Virus record (IMG/VR): IMGVR_UViG_3300005002_000003
Strand: one strand, 5' to 3'
From: an uncultured virus (IMG/VR IMGVR_UViG_3300005002_000003)
Taxonomy: Duplodnaviria > Heunggongvirae > Uroviricota > Caudoviricetes
DNA length: 64,000 nucleotides
A program made the position numbers and the translations under genes. Below, piece after piece: positions 46,533 through 56,144 of the stretch. The stretch's first letter is position 1, and every line of letters starts with the position of its first letter. The notes below the pieces were generated by a model, which saw only the letters and a list, made by a program, of their open reading frames with translations, ran no database searches and was not told the DNA's origin.

Positions 46533-47852
46533 GTGCCCGTCAACACTCCCAAGACACAGCTCAACGCGCAGGGCGCAACGCTACGCATAGGCACCGGCGC
46601 GCGGTTTGGATTTATCGACGACCCCGACTACTTCTTCTTCAATGATGGAGAGGCAGGTCTTTTTACCGAGGCGTCGTTCTCCGACAGCATCTACAGGGCC
46701 GATGGCTTCCCGTTTCCGCACGGCACCCTGCTTCTGCGGGACGCCACCGGCGAGCTGGCAGAGAACTGGCCGTTCATCGAGTCTCTGAATCTCGGCGTGA
46801 TGTTCGGCAAACTGCGCTACAACCAGAGCATCAGCCACGACTTCTACTGGGCGACTTCAGAGATTCTCGATACCGTGGCTTCCGATCACATCTCCGGATC
46901 TCAGCTGTGGACACTGCTGTCGCGCTACCGCAAGCTAGATGGCGGCCATAGTCGAAGTTTTGGCTACAGCAGTGCGTCGGCTCTCGGCACACCATTGAAG
47001 ACCGTCATCAACACCATCGTTTCTGACTACGATTTCTCCAAAGTACAGATTGACGGCCTGGGTAATCCCGGGGGCATCCTGAACTCCGATCTCTGGTATC
47101 AGTGCAACGAATTCGATTTCGAATTTCTCGCCAGACATGCAGATATCGCCGTGAACTCCAACAACAGCCCCTACCTGACATTCATAAATCTTCGGGGAGA
47201 GTTCTACTTTGATTCGTTGAAGAATCTGGAGAGCCAGAAGGTCATGCCGCAACTGCGCTACAAGATGAGCATCACGCCTGACCGACAACTCGACACCTCA
47301 CAGATCCAGGAATACGGTGTGGTTCACGCCGGCGTTCCCTTTGGCGAAAGCGTGTATCGGTCGCAATTCTACGCCCTGCGGCCGGATGGCGGTTATGAGC
47401 TGGTCGAGGCCACTCCGAAGACATCCTACGTGGCGCCCACGGTTCAGCCCCGGGAAATCGGCACCAGCGATCGCACCTACATGGTGCGCAACACCGATCT
47501 CGGGCTCCTCAGAAACATCGAGACCTATGGCGTCCTGGACAACAAGAACCACCAGAAGAACTACGAAGGCTGGATGGCGAGCCGGCACCTGTCGGCGCTC
47601 ACCGCGCACCGTCTGCGGGCAGTCGTGCATTTCAACCAGGAAGCTGTTGCGGGCCGCACGATGGAAATCGACATCAAAGGGCCCTCCGGAAAGCACTCCA
47701 TGTACGCCGGCAAATGGCTGATCGGCGCGAGCCGGCATGTCTTCACCGGAGACCAGCGTCTGCTGATGACGCAGATGGAACTCGTGCGAAGTGGCATGAA
47801 AATCAACACCGGCACCCGGACGCTCGCAAAAATACAGCAAGACCTCGTCTAG
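46533..47852 (+). CDS. Probable baseplate hub/tail protein
   Basis: QCNEFDFEFL and C-terminal YAGKWLIGASRHVF...TQMELVR typical of hub proteins; next to the portal. Confidence 0.6.
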   Translation: MPVNTPKTQLNAQGATLRIGTGARFGFIDDPDYFFFNDGEAGLFTEASFSDSIYRADGFPFPHGTLLLRDATGELAENWPFIESLNLGVMFGKLRYNQSISHDFYWATSEILDTVASDHISGSQLWTLLSRYRKLDGGHSRSFGYSSASALGTPLKTVINTIVSDYDFSKVQIDGLGNPGGILNSDLWYQCNEFDFEFLARHADIAVNSNNSPYLTFINLRGEFYFDSLKNLESQKVMPQLRYKMSITPDRQLDTSQIQEYGVVHAGVPFGESVYRSQFYALRPDGGYELVEATPKTSYVAPTVQPREIGTSDRTYMVRNTDLGLLRNIETYGVLDNKNHQKNYEGWMASRHLSALTAHRLRAVVHFNQEAVAGRTMEIDIKGPSGKHSMYAGKWLIGASRHVFTGDQRLLMTQMELVRSGMKINTGTRTLAKIQQDLV

Positions 47853-47884
47853 TCGTGATTCCCGGAGGCCTCACTAAGACCTCA

Positions 47885-50104
47885 ATGGCCTCTGTTGAAA
47901 ATAAGCGTACAATCCTGAACCGCATTTTCAAGTTTTTCAACCTCGGGCTGGACAAGAGCCGCAACGAACTGCGCCCCACGCAGAAGACGACTGACGGCAA
48001 CAATGTTGGCCATACTACGTTTTTCGACCTGCCGCCACAGACACAGAAGTTCTATGACTACTGGATGAACAGCTGTCATGACGACGCCGCGAGTTTCGAG
48101 AACCGCGAACTGCTGTACAGCGACATCGACATGATCTATCTCAACAGTCCGATCCTGTCGCGCGGGATTGACATCACCAGAGATGAATCCTATCAGGCTG
48201 ATGCGAATTTCAAGACCATCGGCGTAGACGCAAGTCCAAGAGTAAGAGACTTTCTTCTGGAGCACCACGACAACATCGGCCTCGAACAGCACATCCCCGA
48301 TGCCGCAGATAGTATTGTCAAGTACGGAAATCACGGCTGGGTGCTGGGGACCAACGACACCGGAGTCTCCAAGATCATCCCCATCAATATCTTCGATCTC
48401 GTGGACCGCATTGAGTTCAGCGCTCATCATTTGAGGCAGAAGATCAAAGACACGAAATCCAACATCTATCGCATGACGAACTCACAGAAGATGAAGATGC
48501 TGATTGACAACGTGCTGAAGACCACGAATGTCGAGACATATCTCGAAACCTACCTGTTCGGATTCCAGGTAGGAGACTTCATTCTGCCGCCATGGAAGTT
48601 CATTCATTTCCGCAATCTCATCAACAACAGCCCCTTTGCGCCCTTCGGTCAGCCGATGTTTCTGCACGCCATCGCTCCCTATCGTCAATACGACGCCGCG
48701 ATGACGCTTCAGGTAGCCGCGAGATCCGCCAGGTTTCCAATCTTCAAGCACGAAATTGATCTCCCCAATGTGCCGCCCAGCGACAAACTAGCGCATGCCG
48801 TGAGGTTCGTGAATCTTCTTCAGCAGTCAGGTATGCTGGACAGCAGAAAAGAAGAGCCCGGAGTAGGAGAACACGTTGTTACAATCAAAGGCCTCTACGA
48901 CTACACGCAGGAGACGCCTGACATCGACCTCGGCAGAATGGATGACATCGAGGCCCTGCTGGACGGACTCGACATGGCTACGGGCTTGCCACGCAGTTTC
49001 CTCGATGCCAACAAAGGAAGCTTCGGAAATTCGGGATACGCTCTGGCACAACAGTTCCGGCCATTCGGAAGACGCGTCTACAGAGTCCAGCAAATCCTTC
49101 TCGAAGGCATTTCGCAGATGGACAAGATTCATCTCATCCTCAGCGGCAAATTCAAGGAAGAAGAAATTGAATTCCAGCTGACGATGCCGTACCCCGAGTC
49201 ACAGATTGACCGCGACATGATCGGCGCGCAGGGTGACCTGTTGGACCTCAGCAACAAAATCTTTGATATGGTTGGCCAGCGTATTGTTGGCGACCCCAAT
49301 GCCTTGCTTCCTCCGGATCTCGTGCGGCAGGTGCTTACCAAGATCCTGCCATGGGACGGCGACACCATCAAGCGCTGGATGAACTCCGCTCTGGTGTCCC
49401 GCATTGATCTCGGTGACCAGCCGGCCGCAGGCGGCGCTCCGGCGCCACAAAGCGAACCCCTGGGAGGCGGAGGCGGCGGAGGCCCTGCACCTGCGGGCGG
49501 CGCAGAAGCCCCGCCACCTGGAGAAACTCCAGCTCCTGAAGGCGAACAGCCGCCGGAAGAAGCCGGAGCGCTGGGACTCGGCGGCGAAGCGCAGGAGAGC
49601 ACCAGAAGCAGAAGGCCGACGCAGAAACAGATCCGCAAGTTCTTCGAGACCGTTGACCCCGTGATCTTGAACGAAGCCGTGAGTGAAGAAGTTTTCAAAG
49701 CCAAGAACCGCGTGATGTCTGAGGGCAGTATAGGCGGCCGGCACTTCTATTCCTCGCGCAACAAACCCGTGGGGGGCTTCGATCCCAAAATGCTGTGGCA
49801 GTTCAAGGATGAGCGCATCGCCAGGCTGACTGAAGAGCACCGCCTGGCCGCGCACAAACGCGATATGTGGATGTTCGGCCAAGAGGTTGAGAATCCCCTG
49901 GAAGACGGCAAGCGTGAGTATATCGACGTCCTGAAGAAGCGTAGCGCCAAGCTCAGAGAGGCCAAAGAGGCCAGGGACCGCAAACTAAGGGAGAACCGCG
50001 AAGCCCGGGACCAGCAATACCGTGAGACATACGCGGCCAGAGGGGAGGGGGAACCCACCATCCCTCCGGATACCCTGTCTCCGGACCCCAGTCTGGACTC
50101 CTGA
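47885..50104 (+). CDS. Portal protein (T4 gp20-like) with long C-terminal extension
   Basis: KYGN, FIHFR...PFGQPM...YRQ...RSARFP...IDLPNVPP, LAQQFRPFGRRVYRVQ; start MASVENK after CTAA-N7. Confidence 0.85.
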   Translation: MASVENKRTILNRIFKFFNLGLDKSRNELRPTQKTTDGNNVGHTTFFDLPPQTQKFYDYWMNSCHDDAASFENRELLYSDIDMIYLNSPILSRGIDITRDESYQADANFKTIGVDASPRVRDFLLEHHDNIGLEQHIPDAADSIVKYGNHGWVLGTNDTGVSKIIPINIFDLVDRIEFSAHHLRQKIKDTKSNIYRMTNSQKMKMLIDNVLKTTNVETYLETYLFGFQVGDFILPPWKFIHFRNLINNSPFAPFGQPMFLHAIAPYRQYDAAMTLQVAARSARFPIFKHEIDLPNVPPSDKLAHAVRFVNLLQQSGMLDSRKEEPGVGEHVVTIKGLYDYTQETPDIDLGRMDDIEALLDGLDMATGLPRSFLDANKGSFGNSGYALAQQFRPFGRRVYRVQQILLEGISQMDKIHLILSGKFKEEEIEFQLTMPYPESQIDRDMIGAQGDLLDLSNKIFDMVGQRIVGDPNALLPPDLVRQVLTKILPWDGDTIKRWMNSALVSRIDLGDQPAAGGAPAPQSEPLGGGGGGGPAPAGGAEAPPPGETPAPEGEQPPEEAGALGLGGEAQESTRSRRPTQKQIRKFFETVDPVILNEAVSEEVFKAKNRVMSEGSIGGRHFYSSRNKPVGGFDPKMLWQFKDERIARLTEEHRLAAHKRDMWMFGQEVENPLEDGKREYIDVLKKRSAKLREAKEARDRKLRENREARDQQYRETYAARGEGEPTIPPDTLSPDPSLDS

Positions 50105-50132
50105 AAAGCCTGGCTAGCGGCGGAGGTCTGCC

Positions 50133-50750
50133 GTGTCCAAGTTCCTGCTGGGAGTCGATACCGGGATGCCGGAGCGCATCTACGACATGCTGGAGTTCAG
50201 GAAAACCGCAGTCATCCGGCCCTTCGAAGACACGGGGTTCCGCGAGCTGTTCGACGCCTATCTGCGGCGCACAAAGCGCAAGATCCCCGATCGCACGCGC
50301 AGGCTCCGGAACCTTCGGGAAAAATTCCGCATCGTCGTGAAGCCGGACGTCGAGCAGTCCTGGTGGACAGCAGAGACCCTGGAACACGAGATCATCCTGT
50401 ACCGGGGGTTCTTTGTCAGACGTAGAGCGCGGCGCGTGCAGATCCTTGCACATGAACTCGTTCACATCGTGCAGTTCTTGCTGGCGCGCAAAGATGAGGA
50501 GGCCTCACGGCCCTATGGAGGCGACACTCTGGTGCGCACACGGGCGTATTTTAACGACCGCGATGAGGTCGAGCCCTGGACGCAGGACTTCTTCATAGAC
50601 ATCCTGCGCCGTCGCGCCCAGGGGAAACTGAAAACCGAATCCGCAGTTGTAAAATGGCTTTACAGCTCAACGGAGTTCCGGCAGTTCTACAAACGGAACC
50701 AATCACGTATGATCAAAAAAATCCTGTTCAATCTGCGGGGCAGAGCATGA
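50133..50750 (+). CDS. HExxH metallopeptidase-like protein
   Basis: ILAHELVHIVQ...YFNDRDEVE. Confidence 0.65.
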   Translation: MSKFLLGVDTGMPERIYDMLEFRKTAVIRPFEDTGFRELFDAYLRRTKRKIPDRTRRLRNLREKFRIVVKPDVEQSWWTAETLEHEIILYRGFFVRRRARRVQILAHELVHIVQFLLARKDEEASRPYGGDTLVRTRAYFNDRDEVEPWTQDFFIDILRRRAQGKLKTESAVVKWLYSSTEFRQFYKRNQSRMIKKILFNLRGRA

Positions 50751-50989
50751 CCAGAGTAGACAAATACGTCGCGCTGACATTTCGTAGTCGCAATCTGCCC
50801 GATGATGAGCGAGACAGAGTAAATGATTTACTGGATCGGCTCTGGCTTGCATTAACCCCCGCAGAGATTTGCGAAGCCAACCGCAGACTGGCAGATTTAC
50901 TCTTCACAGGAACCCGAGATGAGCGCAAACAAACGAAAATTCAAGATGTCACAGCTCCACAAGAAGCTGGAGAACGACCAGTGCTTTGA
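50747..50989 (+). CDS. Small hypothetical protein
   Basis: ATGA-coupled. Confidence 0.45.
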   Translation: MTRVDKYVALTFRSRNLPDDERDRVNDLLDRLWLALTPAEICEANRRLADLLFTGTRDERKQTKIQDVTAPQEAGERPVL

Positions 50990-51131
50990 CTACGACTGCA
51001 CCCACGAGTCACGCTGGAAAATTCGCTATCTCAATGAGGACGGCCTGCGTACCGAAACCCGCCTCTGTGACAGGCACGCAGATGAACTCCTGATTGGCAT
51101 CAAGCGCCCCTGGGTGGTTGTCTCCCTGTGA
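50919..51131 (+). CDS. Small Cys-containing protein
   Basis: CFDYDC...LCDRH. Confidence 0.45.
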   Translation: MSANKRKFKMSQLHKKLENDQCFDYDCTHESRWKIRYLNEDGLRTETRLCDRHADELLIGIKRPWVVVSL

Positions 51132-51138
51132 AAAAATC

Positions 51139-51167
51139 TTGACAAAAATAGCAGGCAGTTATATAGT
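51139..51167 (+). promoter_or_regulatory. Strong sigma70-like promoter
   Basis: TTGACA-17 nt-TATAGT with an upstream A tract. Confidence 0.8.
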
Positions 51168-51222
51168 CGCAAGTGCCCCATGCGGGGAGGAGGGTAGCTA
51201 TATGAAGAAATGATATATCCTC

Positions 51223-51600
51223 TCAAACCGAGGGAGAGCTGTCCGCCTGCGGAGGCTCTCCCTCTTTCCTTGCTCGCCGTCGCGCCAGGTAATCCTGTGC
51301 CTTCCAATAGCGCGTATGGCGGATCTTCTGGATAAATGACATCTCCGGATGGCGGTAGTTCTTCAGGGAAGAAGGGATAGAGACTAGTTTCCTGCGCGCC
51401 GTAGCGCGCACCTGCCATCCGTCGATTCCCGTCAATTCCGTGAAAGCATGCCCATCGAAGGCATGATCAAATTCGTGGAGCAATTCCGCCATCCGTTGTT
51501 GCCAGGTCTCTGGCATGTCCTCCATAAGCACGCGAGGCATTACGCAGAAGGAGGCGTAGGACAGTCCGAACCACGTCCCCAGGTCTTTGTGAATACGCAT
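51223..51600 (-). CDS. Conserved phage hypothetical protein
   Basis: WFGLSYASFCVMPRVLMEDMPETWQ...NYRHP motif. Confidence 0.7.
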   Translation of the reverse strand: MRIHKDLGTWFGLSYASFCVMPRVLMEDMPETWQQRMAELLHEFDHAFDGHAFTELTGIDGWQVRATARRKLVSIPSSLKNYRHPEMSFIQKIRHTRYWKAQDYLARRRARKEGEPPQADSSPSV

Positions 51601-51711
51601 ACCGTCAACCTGAAGAAAAAAGTCACAGGCGTCGATAAAAATAACATGAAATGCAAGTCAGGCCGTGGTAGCCTGGGGAGACATGAAAGCCGGGAGTCGG
51701 CCTAATGTGCC

Positions 51712-51861
51712 ATGGGAATTGTATTGAAAGAAGGCGATCAGAGTCGGGAGATCAGCGAGGACGAGCTTCGGGCCCTGCGGGAACGCGAGGCACAGAGTGA
51801 GATCCGGCTGGTACAGGAAGACGACGGCGGGCTTCGCAAACTCGATAAACTGAAGAGCTGA
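51712..51861 (+). CDS. 49 aa protein (below the ORF track cutoff)
   Basis: CTAA-N6-ATG; MGIVLKEGDQSREISEDELRALRERE...; fills the gap before the HU-like gene. Confidence 0.6.
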   Translation: MGIVLKEGDQSREISEDELRALREREAQSEIRLVQEDDGGLRKLDKLKS

Positions 51862-51875
51862 GGCTCGGGGAGCAG

Positions 51876-52241
51876 ATGACGATAAAGTTGAACGATCTCG
51901 AAAAACACGTAGTGGAGTCTGTCTGCATTGCGACGCGTCTCACGCAGGCACAGGTCAACTCCGTATTCATGGCACTACTCTTCGAACTGTCGCAGAACAT
52001 TCAGCGCGGCACCAACCAGGTCAGCATCCCGTTCTTCGGGGACTTCAAGCTGGCCTACGAAAAGATTCCGCTACAGAACGGCGAGTTCGAAGTCGCGGAG
52101 CAGATATTCGTCAAGCCCAACACGCTGGTATCCAGCGTGCTCCACGACACCCTGGCGGGCCGCGAGACTCAGGTGAAGAAGTATCTCAAGGCGAAGATCA
52201 ACGGGAATTTCGCAGAGCGTCTGGCGTCCGCCGACGTATAG
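51876..52241 (+). CDS. HU/IHF-like DNA-binding protein (divergent)
   Basis: Helices then VSIPFFGDFK...FVKP. Confidence 0.6.
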   Translation: MTIKLNDLEKHVVESVCIATRLTQAQVNSVFMALLFELSQNIQRGTNQVSIPFFGDFKLAYEKIPLQNGEFEVAEQIFVKPNTLVSSVLHDTLAGRETQVKKYLKAKINGNFAERLASADV

Positions 52242-52245
52242 GCAG

Positions 52246-52698
52246 ATGGAATACATCATCTGCCAGCAAATGCCCAGAGGCGGGCTTGTGCAGTACCAGA
52301 CATCTGACATGGAGTCTCCAGATACTCTGCCCTACTGGGAGTTCTTGAGGTTCCTGCAAACCCACTTCTTCGTGGCAAACTTCTGGGGCCTGAAAGACGC
52401 GGTAGACAGCTTTGAGAAAATCACTGTGCTTCCGGACGGCTCCTGGGAAGTTGAGCCGCCGCCGGACTACCGCGCCACAACTCTTGCCACCACGCTGGAT
52501 GATCTGCTGAAGATCAACCCCAACATCAAACCCGGGCAGGCGGAGATCGAGCGCATACGTCGGGAGAACGCTCCCACTGCGTTTATAGATAAGCTTCGTG
52601 CCCGGCTTACGGGCTTTGACCCGCTCCGTGTTATCCACGGAAAGCGAGGGAAGGGCAGAGACAAGAATAAACCCAGGCCTCACACCTGGTTTCCGTAG
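52246..52698 (+). CDS. Hypothetical protein
   Basis: Operon continuity. Confidence 0.6.
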   Translation: MEYIICQQMPRGGLVQYQTSDMESPDTLPYWEFLRFLQTHFFVANFWGLKDAVDSFEKITVLPDGSWEVEPPPDYRATTLATTLDDLLKINPNIKPGQAEIERIRRENAPTAFIDKLRARLTGFDPLRVIHGKRGKGRDKNKPRPHTWFP

Positions 52699-52723
52699 GC
52701 CTGCTTTGTAACTAATTGCCGTA

Positions 52724-54412
52724 ATGGCACGTAATCTTCACCGCGCAACCCGCGATCTCAGTCAAACCCAGCTTGAAGCCGCAAGACAGATATTGCGTGG
52801 CTACCGTGGGCGAGTATCCGGCGGCCACAGCCTGCACAGCTATCGCGGCGATACCGACTTCAACCGCGTGGTGTTTCTCTGCGAAGGTCGGAAGGTCGCG
52901 GTGGACTTCCTTCCGCATGGCAGAACGCCATTCAGGATCGCCGAACTCCAGGACGGCCAGCGTGTTGCCACCCGCAAGATCACTGAAGCATCGGGGGTTT
53001 CGGGGTTTGTGAACAACCTCCTGGGAAAACAAAAAGCCGCCGCAAAGGATGCCGCAGTCGAGCCCGAGCTTCCTGTTCTGAAATCCGACGCCTATGCGAA
53101 GGACATTTTGCGCGGTAGCGATGTCTTCAAGGATGCCGAGCGCAAGATACGACTGTTCCTTCGAGGAGCAGGAGGCCTTGGCAAGCAACAGCTGTTTGTA
53201 CTATACGGCCAGGCTGGCGTGGGTAAGTCGATTGCGGCACGCGAAGCTCTGCTTGCGGAGTGCGGAGCAGAGACCAGCAGTGCGGAAATCCACAAACGTC
53301 TCAAACAATCCATCGCATTTGATCCCGAGGACTTCAAGGTCAGAATGGCCGCCAACCAGGCACGAGATCAAGCCCGTAATCTCTACACACGTTATCTGCA
53401 CAACTACACGTTGTCGAGAAAAGAAGACACACTGGTTCCGGAAACCGATGCCGATCTCAAGAACAAAGCTCTGGAGAAGGTGAAGGACGTCCTGAAGGAT
53501 CAGCTCTATGGATATGAACTTACGTTAGACGACGTGGAAGGTCACGGAACTCGCGTCAAGAAGACCGCAAGCGATCCCGTGGAGAAACTCAAGAAGCTCA
53601 GCGGCGACGACGCCAAGCAACCCTACCACCAGGAGAATGGCTGGATGGAAGCTCCAAACGAGATGTCCAATGAAGACCTCTACTTCCAGTGCTATGTCAG
53701 CAACGCCGCTACGACATTCATCGACGAAGGCGACTACTTCCTGTCGAAGTCCAACCCATTGATGAAGATCGTCACCGATAACAAGCAGTTCCGCCGACTG
53801 TCTTCCGGCAGTAAGTCGGGCTTTGCGGAGATCAACGGCTTCATCCTGCCCGACAGCTTCTGGTACTCCGGCCGCATGGTGATCACCACCAACCTCACTC
53901 CCAGGGATTTCGACGACGCCATCCGCACGCGCTCGGCGTCTTACGGACTCTATCTCTCGCTGGATCAGCTGTTCGACAGACTCCGGGATATCCTGCCAAA
54001 GATTCAGAGCAACGACCTGCCGCACCTGCCACCTGTTGTGCTGACTGGCATCCGCAACATCCTCAAGAAGTTCTCCGACCAGGGAGAACTCAAGCAGTTC
54101 GACTTCCGGACCTTCGTATTGCTTGCCGATGAATATGCGCTGATGATCGAAGACACTGTCAAAGAAGCCCGGGCAGAGAACCCCGAGTTTCCGGAGTTCT
54201 CCCCCTACGTGCAGAAAGACGAGACTCTTGATGCCGCTGACGAGAGGTTCCGTAACTGGAGACAGACTCCAGAGGGCCAGCAGATCGCACAGCGCGTTGG
54301 CAAGAAATTCCGCAAGATCATCCTGAATCAGATCCAGGCGATGAACCGCGCGCACGACAGAGACGCCAACATCGTGGAACTCAAGCCCAAAGCAGACGAG
54401 GAAGCGGCGTGA
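52724..54412 (+). CDS. AAA-type P-loop ATPase
   Basis: LYGQAGVGKS, FIDEGD, GRMVITTN, AIRTR; CTAA-N8-ATG. Confidence 0.8.
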   Translation: MARNLHRATRDLSQTQLEAARQILRGYRGRVSGGHSLHSYRGDTDFNRVVFLCEGRKVAVDFLPHGRTPFRIAELQDGQRVATRKITEASGVSGFVNNLLGKQKAAAKDAAVEPELPVLKSDAYAKDILRGSDVFKDAERKIRLFLRGAGGLGKQQLFVLYGQAGVGKSIAAREALLAECGAETSSAEIHKRLKQSIAFDPEDFKVRMAANQARDQARNLYTRYLHNYTLSRKEDTLVPETDADLKNKALEKVKDVLKDQLYGYELTLDDVEGHGTRVKKTASDPVEKLKKLSGDDAKQPYHQENGWMEAPNEMSNEDLYFQCYVSNAATTFIDEGDYFLSKSNPLMKIVTDNKQFRRLSSGSKSGFAEINGFILPDSFWYSGRMVITTNLTPRDFDDAIRTRSASYGLYLSLDQLFDRLRDILPKIQSNDLPHLPPVVLTGIRNILKKFSDQGELKQFDFRTFVLLADEYALMIEDTVKEARAENPEFPEFSPYVQKDETLDAADERFRNWRQTPEGQQIAQRVGKKFRKIILNQIQAMNRAHDRDANIVELKPKADEEAA

Positions 54413-54810
54413 ACTACTCTCCGGGAAAACCACCAGCAGATTACAAACCCGTCTTCGAAGCCAACGGCGGCAGTCGCAAGGAGTCCGTGCAGGACTTCAG
54501 AGATCGTTTCTACATCAGAGTTGATCTTGAAGACAAGAGAGCCGCACGCCAGCTCATTGGCAGTGCTGACGAGGAGCGCAACGTACACGACAAGGTTTTC
54601 TTCGTGTTCTACGACGACAGCAAACGAGATGCGGCTGTGGCGGCGCTGTCCGGCGCCGGAATTGCGAGCAAATCCGGACAGGACGTGCAACCCGAGCTTG
54701 TCGGCGCCCCGGAGCCCAACAGCAAGCCAGATGCCGTGGCACCGCAGTCAGCGATGAAGAAAGCCGTTACACAACCCCGGGAGCAGTTGAGCCTCTTCAA
54801 ACCCGACTAA
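54409..54810 (+). CDS. Hypothetical protein
   Basis: GTGA-coupled. Confidence 0.6.
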   Translation: MNYSPGKPPADYKPVFEANGGSRKESVQDFRDRFYIRVDLEDKRAARQLIGSADEERNVHDKVFFVFYDDSKRDAAVAALSGAGIASKSGQDVQPELVGAPEPNSKPDAVAPQSAMKKAVTQPREQLSLFKPD

Positions 54811-54833
54811 GACAGAAGAGAGGTGATGTTGTT

Positions 54834-55133
54834 ATGATGGAAAAACTGAAAGCCGTAGGTGCGAAACTCGAAGTAATGTTGCACACCGTTCTTGACTGGG
54901 CAACAGCGCAGATCAAGCGCCTTGATACGCCGCAGGAAATCGCAGTAGCCGCGACGCTTGTGATGATAACAGCAGACGCCGTGACTATCGGACGCTTTGG
55001 TGTCATCAAGTTCTTGATTGGCGTAGGCAAAGAAGTTCTGGAGTTCGTCTCCACTACTGCGCAGTCAGGAGGCTGGGTCTTCGTTGTCTGCATGCTGGTG
55101 TGCTACCTGATCGTAAAAGAAATCAGAAAATGA
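54834..55133 (+). CDS. Small membrane protein
   Basis: GAGGTG SD, hydrophobic segments. Confidence 0.6.
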   Translation: MMEKLKAVGAKLEVMLHTVLDWATAQIKRLDTPQEIAVAATLVMITADAVTIGRFGVIKFLIGVGKEVLEFVSTTAQSGGWVFVVCMLVCYLIVKEIRK

Positions 55134-56107
55134 GTTCTGTCGGCAAACAGAAACCCAGGGGCTTATTCAAGACCCGGGAAGACCTGAATTCTCTGGATGA
55201 ACTCCTGAAGGTCCAGCTCCGCGACGGCAACTGGAACTACGACGACTACATGGTGGGCCTCACCAACGGCATGATCCTCAGTCGTCACGTAGTTGCAGAT
55301 GACCCCGGGGAGCCAGCGTTTCGCAGGGCTCCCACACTCGAAGACGCAAGACAACTCCGCGACACCCTGGGGCCGGCCTACGCCGACATCTCGCTGGCTC
55401 AGCTCTGGCAAGGCATCATGGCAGAATTGAAGGAGCACGGCGACACCGCAGGAGACCTGGACGTAATTCCGGGCCGAGGCAGTGAGGAGTGGCTGACCGC
55501 CGCGAGGATCGCCGCCTCACATCTTCTGGAGAACCCCATCTACTACACAGAGATCAAGAAGATCGAGGAGTTCACGATATACGACTTGCAGAAGCGCGTC
55601 AATCAAGTCATCAAGCGCACCGCAGGCGAGCGTCGTAAGATCAAGGGCGTGATGGAGCGCGGCTTGCAGTTCGTGAACTTTGATCCTCTATTGGGGATAG
55701 CGTATTTCCTCGCAGAGCCTACCAGGAAATTCAGTGCCGACGAATTGGATTTTCAAGGAAACCCAAAAGGAGCGACTTCGGCTTACACACTCGAAGTGCG
55801 CTTCGTAGATTTTAAATCCTGGTTTGAGGACTGGCGCAAGGTAACTCTGGAGGAGTTTAAGGACTTCCTCAAAGTCTGCGACGTGCAGTTCTTCTGCTCG
55901 TGTCCTGCCTGGCACTTTATGCTGAAGTATCAGAACACACAGACCAATACAGCGATCTACAAGACCAACATTCCTGATCCAGTTTGGGCTCAGCGCAGTG
56001 GACAACCGCGCGGCGCCAATCTCTGCAAGCACGGCATGGCGATGACAACCAAGCTCACTCGCTATCCCGGACAGCTTCTGAAGGACATCCAGAGCAAACT
56101 GAAATAG
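55130..56107 (+). CDS. Multidomain protein with DUF5661-like segment and SWIM zinc finger
   Basis: GIMAELKEH...IAASHLLENPIYY; FFCSCPAW...LCKH. Confidence 0.7.
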   Translation: MSSVGKQKPRGLFKTREDLNSLDELLKVQLRDGNWNYDDYMVGLTNGMILSRHVVADDPGEPAFRRAPTLEDARQLRDTLGPAYADISLAQLWQGIMAELKEHGDTAGDLDVIPGRGSEEWLTAARIAASHLLENPIYYTEIKKIEEFTIYDLQKRVNQVIKRTAGERRKIKGVMERGLQFVNFDPLLGIAYFLAEPTRKFSADELDFQGNPKGATSAYTLEVRFVDFKSWFEDWRKVTLEEFKDFLKVCDVQFFCSCPAWHFMLKYQNTQTNTAIYKTNIPDPVWAQRSGQPRGANLCKHGMAMTTKLTRYPGQLLKDIQSKLK

Positions 56108-56109
56108 GG

Positions 56110-56138
56110 TTGACAAAAAACCACGGCGGAGATAGGGT
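56110..56138 (+). promoter_or_regulatory. Sigma70-like promoter, probably giving a leaderless transcript
   Basis: TTGACA-17 nt-TAGGGT, ATG 6 nt downstream. Confidence 0.65.
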
Positions 56139-56144
56139 GTCCGC

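Noticed and set aside
47714..47884. N-terminal extension of the portal given by the ORF track
   Set aside because: It overlaps the hub gene; the CTAA motif and the intergenic gap favour ATG 47885
53525..54433. Long antisense ORFs (this one, 29594..30394, 42836..43507, 9172..9849 and others)
   Set aside because: They shadow well-supported genes on the opposite strand and lack motifs or initiation signals
54806..54810. CTAA before 54834 as a late promoter
   Set aside because: It contains the stop codon of the upstream gene and the next gene has a normal SD, so it was not counted
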